NCBI GenBank assembly: GCA_030141605.1
Contig: JAQGDQ010000033.1
Location: 861,214-925,213 of the forward strand
Source of the DNA: Tubiluchus corallicola
Lineage: Eukaryota > Animalia > Priapulida
Reading direction: 5' to 3'
DNA: 64,000 nt
A program made the translations under genes and the position numbers. Below, piece after piece: positions 59,901 to 64,000 of the stretch (positions within the stretch are counted from its first letter, which is position 1; every line of letters begins with the position of its first letter). The notes below the pieces were generated by a model. The model saw nothing but the letters and a program-made list of their open reading frames with translations, was not told the origin of the DNA and did not search any database.

Positions 59901-62900
59901 GCAAAGTTACATTACTTAGCATTTCGCTTACCTGCTTGAAAAACTCGTGTAACTAGAAAGGAAAATGAGTAATTATTGAAATGTTTTCACCAATTGGTAA
60001 AATGCCGTTGACTTACCTCCAGGGCGCACCACTCACAAATTAAAAATGTATATTAAAATTATTGACAAGGTACAGTAATCTAAAATTTTACTTAGTTAGT
60101 GACGTGTGCGATACAAGTACTTTGATTATTTTTTCAAACTTCACTCAGTGTTATCTAAACTTGTTTCAAATGACTTAGCGTCAAAATGGCTGCATCTAAC
60201 GGTCATCGCGGGAGTTTAAATTTACAAGTTTGTACAGCATTACTGCCGACACAACCCCTGTATGTAAAAAAGGCAGTATGTAAGTGATATAAAATCTCAA
60301 GACAAATTTTTCAAGCTTTATGTAAGTGTAGGGTTTTCTTGTGCTTTAATCATAATAATGTGTAATTTACTTTTACTGTTAATTTTTGTCATTACAAATT
60401 ATTTGAATACCATTACACAATGTAGCAAACTTAGGGACCCTATAAATGTTTTACTATAAAAGGCAGCACGTAAAACATGATGGAAAACTTCTTATTTTTG
60501 TCCTTGTTTTACCTGAAGACTAAGTACATCTACATCAGGTTTCTGCACTTTGAAATACCATGGTAACCCTTCACCATCATCTTCAGTTAAACAAATACTC
60601 AAAGATGCTCCCTTCTTAAGGTTTTTCTTGCCACCTCCAGATGACGCAGACACTGACGAATCTTTGCTATCTGCAAAAACAAATCATATGAATTTACAAC
60701 AAAGCAATAAACACTTAATTAGTGTCTTGTTAATAGGAGATAATGTATGATAAAAGAGATGTTAATAAGAGAAAATAAGAGAGCTACATTATGATACAAA
60801 TTCATGTAGCACTTCTTCTGCGAAAAAATATGAAGTGATTTTCAACTAAAGGCACAGCATGACAACAGCCAACAGCATTAACATTGAAATTTGATAATTA
60901 TATTAATTTTTTATATAATATAAATTTAGTAGTTGCTTTGAGCCAGACGAACTCTAGTTCTAGTAGCAACATAGTAGGAAGAACCATAATGATGTATGAT
61001 TTAGTTTTACTGTTAAACACAGATAACCACTTTCAGATTTCAACAATCAATTTGCAACATATATAAATAATAATTATTATGTACATTTACATATTTAATA
61101 ATTGCTAGTTCTCTTTAAGATTACATAATGTTAGAAAGAATATTTAGCTAAAGGTCTATATTTACAAATGAGGTAGTCCGACTTTCCTGAAAATAGAAGT
61201 AATGAGGATTTAATTATTATATAAATTATAATTTCATAAAATATGCAATAAGAAAACTGATAAAATAATGAGTTATTTGTAAAAAATTGTAAAATGAATA
61301 AAAAGAAAACATTGTTACATTCTCCCCAAGGCAATGACGAAAATGCCGAGTTCTCTGACGATTCCTGCAAAAACAGCAAGCAAGAAAAGATCAAGATAAT
61401 AACCAATGAGCACAAGTATGGGCAAATAGCACTACAAAGATAGCATTTCCGTTTTTAGATACTGCAACTTACCTGACTAGAAAAAGTCTAGCTTTATACT
61501 GTGGCGTTGTAAACCTCTACTTGCCCAGTGACGTGTGGGTATGCTATGCTCCACACACTCTCTATGCTCAGTGGTTAAAATATATGTGCTGAGGTGTTAC
61601 CACACCACAGTATCACATACAAACATGGACTTCAAACCAATCTCATACCACTGTGCTTTCTTTTGCGCTTCTGGCCAATTTTCTCAGCAGCTTCGCTTGT
61701 CTTCTGGTCGTTAAGGTTTTCTTTGTTGTTGTGATATTCCGAATCAATGCTAACAGTGTTGCGGGCTATCAGTCCCCTATAAAAATTATTAACCATACAT
61801 ACACATCTTTCTACAATACAGGAAGGATTCCTTTTTTCAATTGGTTTAGCAAAAATGTAATTTTGAAAAGATTTGTCATGCTACATCACATGACTGTAGT
61901 ATCAGGAATGGTATGCATATCCTTATCTGATCTGTGTTGCAATAATTTCTGATGAAATCCAACTGCCATTTGCATTTTGAAAAAAAAAATTCCAAATCTG
62001 CAATCCCGCCTGCTCCACAAATCTTATAGTTCTAAAACTAACAGACTGCAGAATCTGTAATTTGAAAGAGGTTCAAATATCAAATATTCAAATATATAAT
62101 TATATATAATAACACAATGATATCCTAAATCTCCTACCCATTTCCTAATGTTATGGTCTGGACAGACAATTCTTTTCCAGAGATACTGCACGATACGGGC
62201 ACTTCTATTTTCAGGAAAAGGGTGGGTAGCTCTTAAAAAGAGCTTTATCGTGTTTTATGGGATATGACAATACAAATTTCAAATATTTTCATTATGACAG
62301 CAGTCATTAACTCAGTTTTACAAATCCGCAACTGTTATCATTTGTCCGTATTTGCCTTGCATTTAAGAAATCTGTAGTGTCAAGCCGTTTTAAGTGTTAT
62401 ATGGATCAGTACCTCTAGTCACTGCCTTTTTTTAAACATTACGTTCTGTATGTATCCACTTTGCGATCTGTTTGATCGTCGGATGCCTTCACATGTTCCC
62501 GTTAGCTGCATGTCATGGCATCTTACAGTTGAGGCTGTTGGCTATAATATTCTAATTTTATTTATTATCAACTATTTAGTGCACTGTTATAAGTTGATGT
62601 AGCTGTTGGTTTTCATGTATTATCGTTTGGTTTTTTAAAATTTCGTCTATTTCATTCCTGTATTATTGCAAATGCCTAAAACTTCATTCCTTCCGTTCTT
62701 GTATTGAATAGCAGTCATGCATTCGTGTATTTCGTTCGTGTATCTTGTACCAACACTGATTGGTCCGCACACACCGCACACCCAAATGGCTATGCCATTG
62801 AAGATTCCACACAATCATGTATGTCTTCATATAACTTACTATAACTAACGTTATATAACGGAATTGTAGGGCTACAGTCAACTAACTAAAATAATACCCA

Positions 62901-63627
62901 AAGATAGAGACAGATATTTTATTTCCGAAAAAATATAGTCACCACTTAAGTAAGGACTTACAATAACGATTTTTTTATTTCAGTTTCATAACCGTACACT
63001 AGCCAGCCTTGGCTTCCATGCAAAATGACATCTTTTTCAAAATGAGATTTTTTCACAGGTGCCTAGAGACTAAAATTCAACCCAAAAGAAGATTGCAGCT
63101 TTCTCTTCAAATACAGTCTGCGTACTATTCAAATACTCTTGTAAGGTTGTTTGAAAATTACATATTTTGCTGAGGTAACATGGCACTGTCACGTGGAAAT
63201 CGCTTTTTGAATTAATAAAAGGAATTTATTTTGCACTACGATTTTAAAGTTTTCCCAACAGAAATGTGAACTTTTTAAATGCACCCCTTAGTTCTCTTCT
63301 TTGTACAATCTTGTGCATGGGAATTATTGTACAATCACAAATTATTGTAGAATGAGAATAGACTGTACTGGTCCAGTAGATGAATGATATTTTGCTTGAC
63401 CACCCAAAACCAAACGATAGTAAAAGTTTGTGACTTAAAAGTTTTTTAACAGTGAAAGATAACTTTCTTTTATAGTTAGATATCGAAACTCACATGACAT
63501 CAGATATAGTGAATGACTTCACACCAAATACATGCCCAAGTTGGTCATGACTGCAGTTTATTGTCTGAGGGTCATCTTTGTCATATAGTAGTTTCTGGGC
63601 AATGTATTGTTTCAAATACTTTAATAC
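50963..63627 (-). CDS. MDM2: MDM2/MDM4 family p53 E3 ubiquitin ligase (543 aa visible; 5' exons right of the window)
   Basis: Exons 63494-63627 (SWIB: VLKYLKQYIAQKLLYD...DQLGHVFGVKSF), 61649-61776 (MGLIARN...KRKRK), 60513-60670 (GLPWYF), 55684-55878 (acidic, FSVEYEIES), 54406-54516, 50963-51868 (RanBP2 finger WRCREC...CGRC; C2H2C4 RING CLIC...HGHTGH...CPVC). Phases are consistent. Confidence 0.95.
52300..52450 (+). mobile_element. Highly decayed LINE APE-endonuclease fragment
   Basis: PVLLGDINHDLL (GDFN-like) and a downstream TYISG...LD-like segment. Confidence 0.3.
53690..53930 (-). mobile_element. tRNA-derived SINE in an MDM2 intron
   Basis: Minus-strand B-box GGTTCGATACTC at 53857-53868, with an upstream A-box-like TGGTGAGTTG. 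Confidence 0.45.
57081..57405 (-). mobile_element. Putative 3' LTR of the BEL/Pao element
   Basis: On the minus strand a polypurine tract AAAGGGGCAG is followed directly by TGTAA at 57405. An inverse TTACA end fits 57081, but an AATAAA at 57065-57070 means the LTR may extend to about 57050. Confidence 0.45.
57472..59010 (-). mobile_element. Decayed BEL/Pao LTR retrotransposon pol fragment (integrase + DUF5641-like tail) in an MDM2 intron
   Basis: HHCC zinc finger (HYHEAYGHAG...CRLC), catalytic core GLDCFGP, FTCLATRAVHL, DCGTNL and PHTGGVWE (frameshifted), VENILNSRP, LSPNHLL, FWQRWRKEY. It is split over three frames, so it is non-functional. Confidence 0.9.
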
Positions 63628-64000
63628 CTGAAAACAGAAACATGGCTCTATTTAAACAGAAAAATAGTAAGCAATTAGCTGCTTATTTTTAGTGTCTGTT
63701 TAGCACATACATTTAGTAACTTAACGGAAATTGGAACAGGGCCGAATAAAGACTTAAAACAATAAAAAAACTGCACCACAATCCAATATTTATATGCACA
63801 AATACACATGAAACAATAACAATTCAAATATTTCTAGTTGCAAAAATCAGTAGATAAAAAGACAAGAGTTGTGGCAATAACAAGAAAGACAACTGCAAAA
63901 AGAAGATGGAAGCACAAAGGCAAAAATAAACAATTAAGTTTATAATAAACAACAAAGTCGATAAAAAGCAATAGGCAAAAATGTAAAGGTAGAGATCCAA

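Overview
AT-rich, intron-rich animal (invertebrate bilaterian-type) genomic DNA, not prokaryotic, so most ORF-track entries are spurious or are single exons. Hand-splicing with GT-AG and phase checks gives the following. (1) Rab1, minus strand, 6 exons, 3' end outside the window. (2) Complete SPRYD7, minus, 5 exons, 196 aa. (3) Two candidate small orphan multi-exon genes on the plus strand (13.7-15.1 kb and 18.4-22.0 kb). (4) A tandem pair of intact 6-exon paralogs of unknown function (343 and 349 aa, resembling invertebrate DUF7153 proteins) that share a conserved upstream RFX/forkhead-like non-coding module. (5) An 842-aa, 19-finger C2H2 protein with an extra RPB12-like C4 ribbon. (6) An MDM2/MDM4 homolog, minus, 5' end outside the window, with an MDM4-like LPWYF motif, a duplicated SQ-DSG degron-like repeat and a decayed BEL/Pao LTR retrotransposon in one intron. 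tRNA-derived SINEs, RTE LINE tails, fold-back MITE-like elements and microsatellites fill introns and spacers. All family assignments come from motif recognition; no searches were run.
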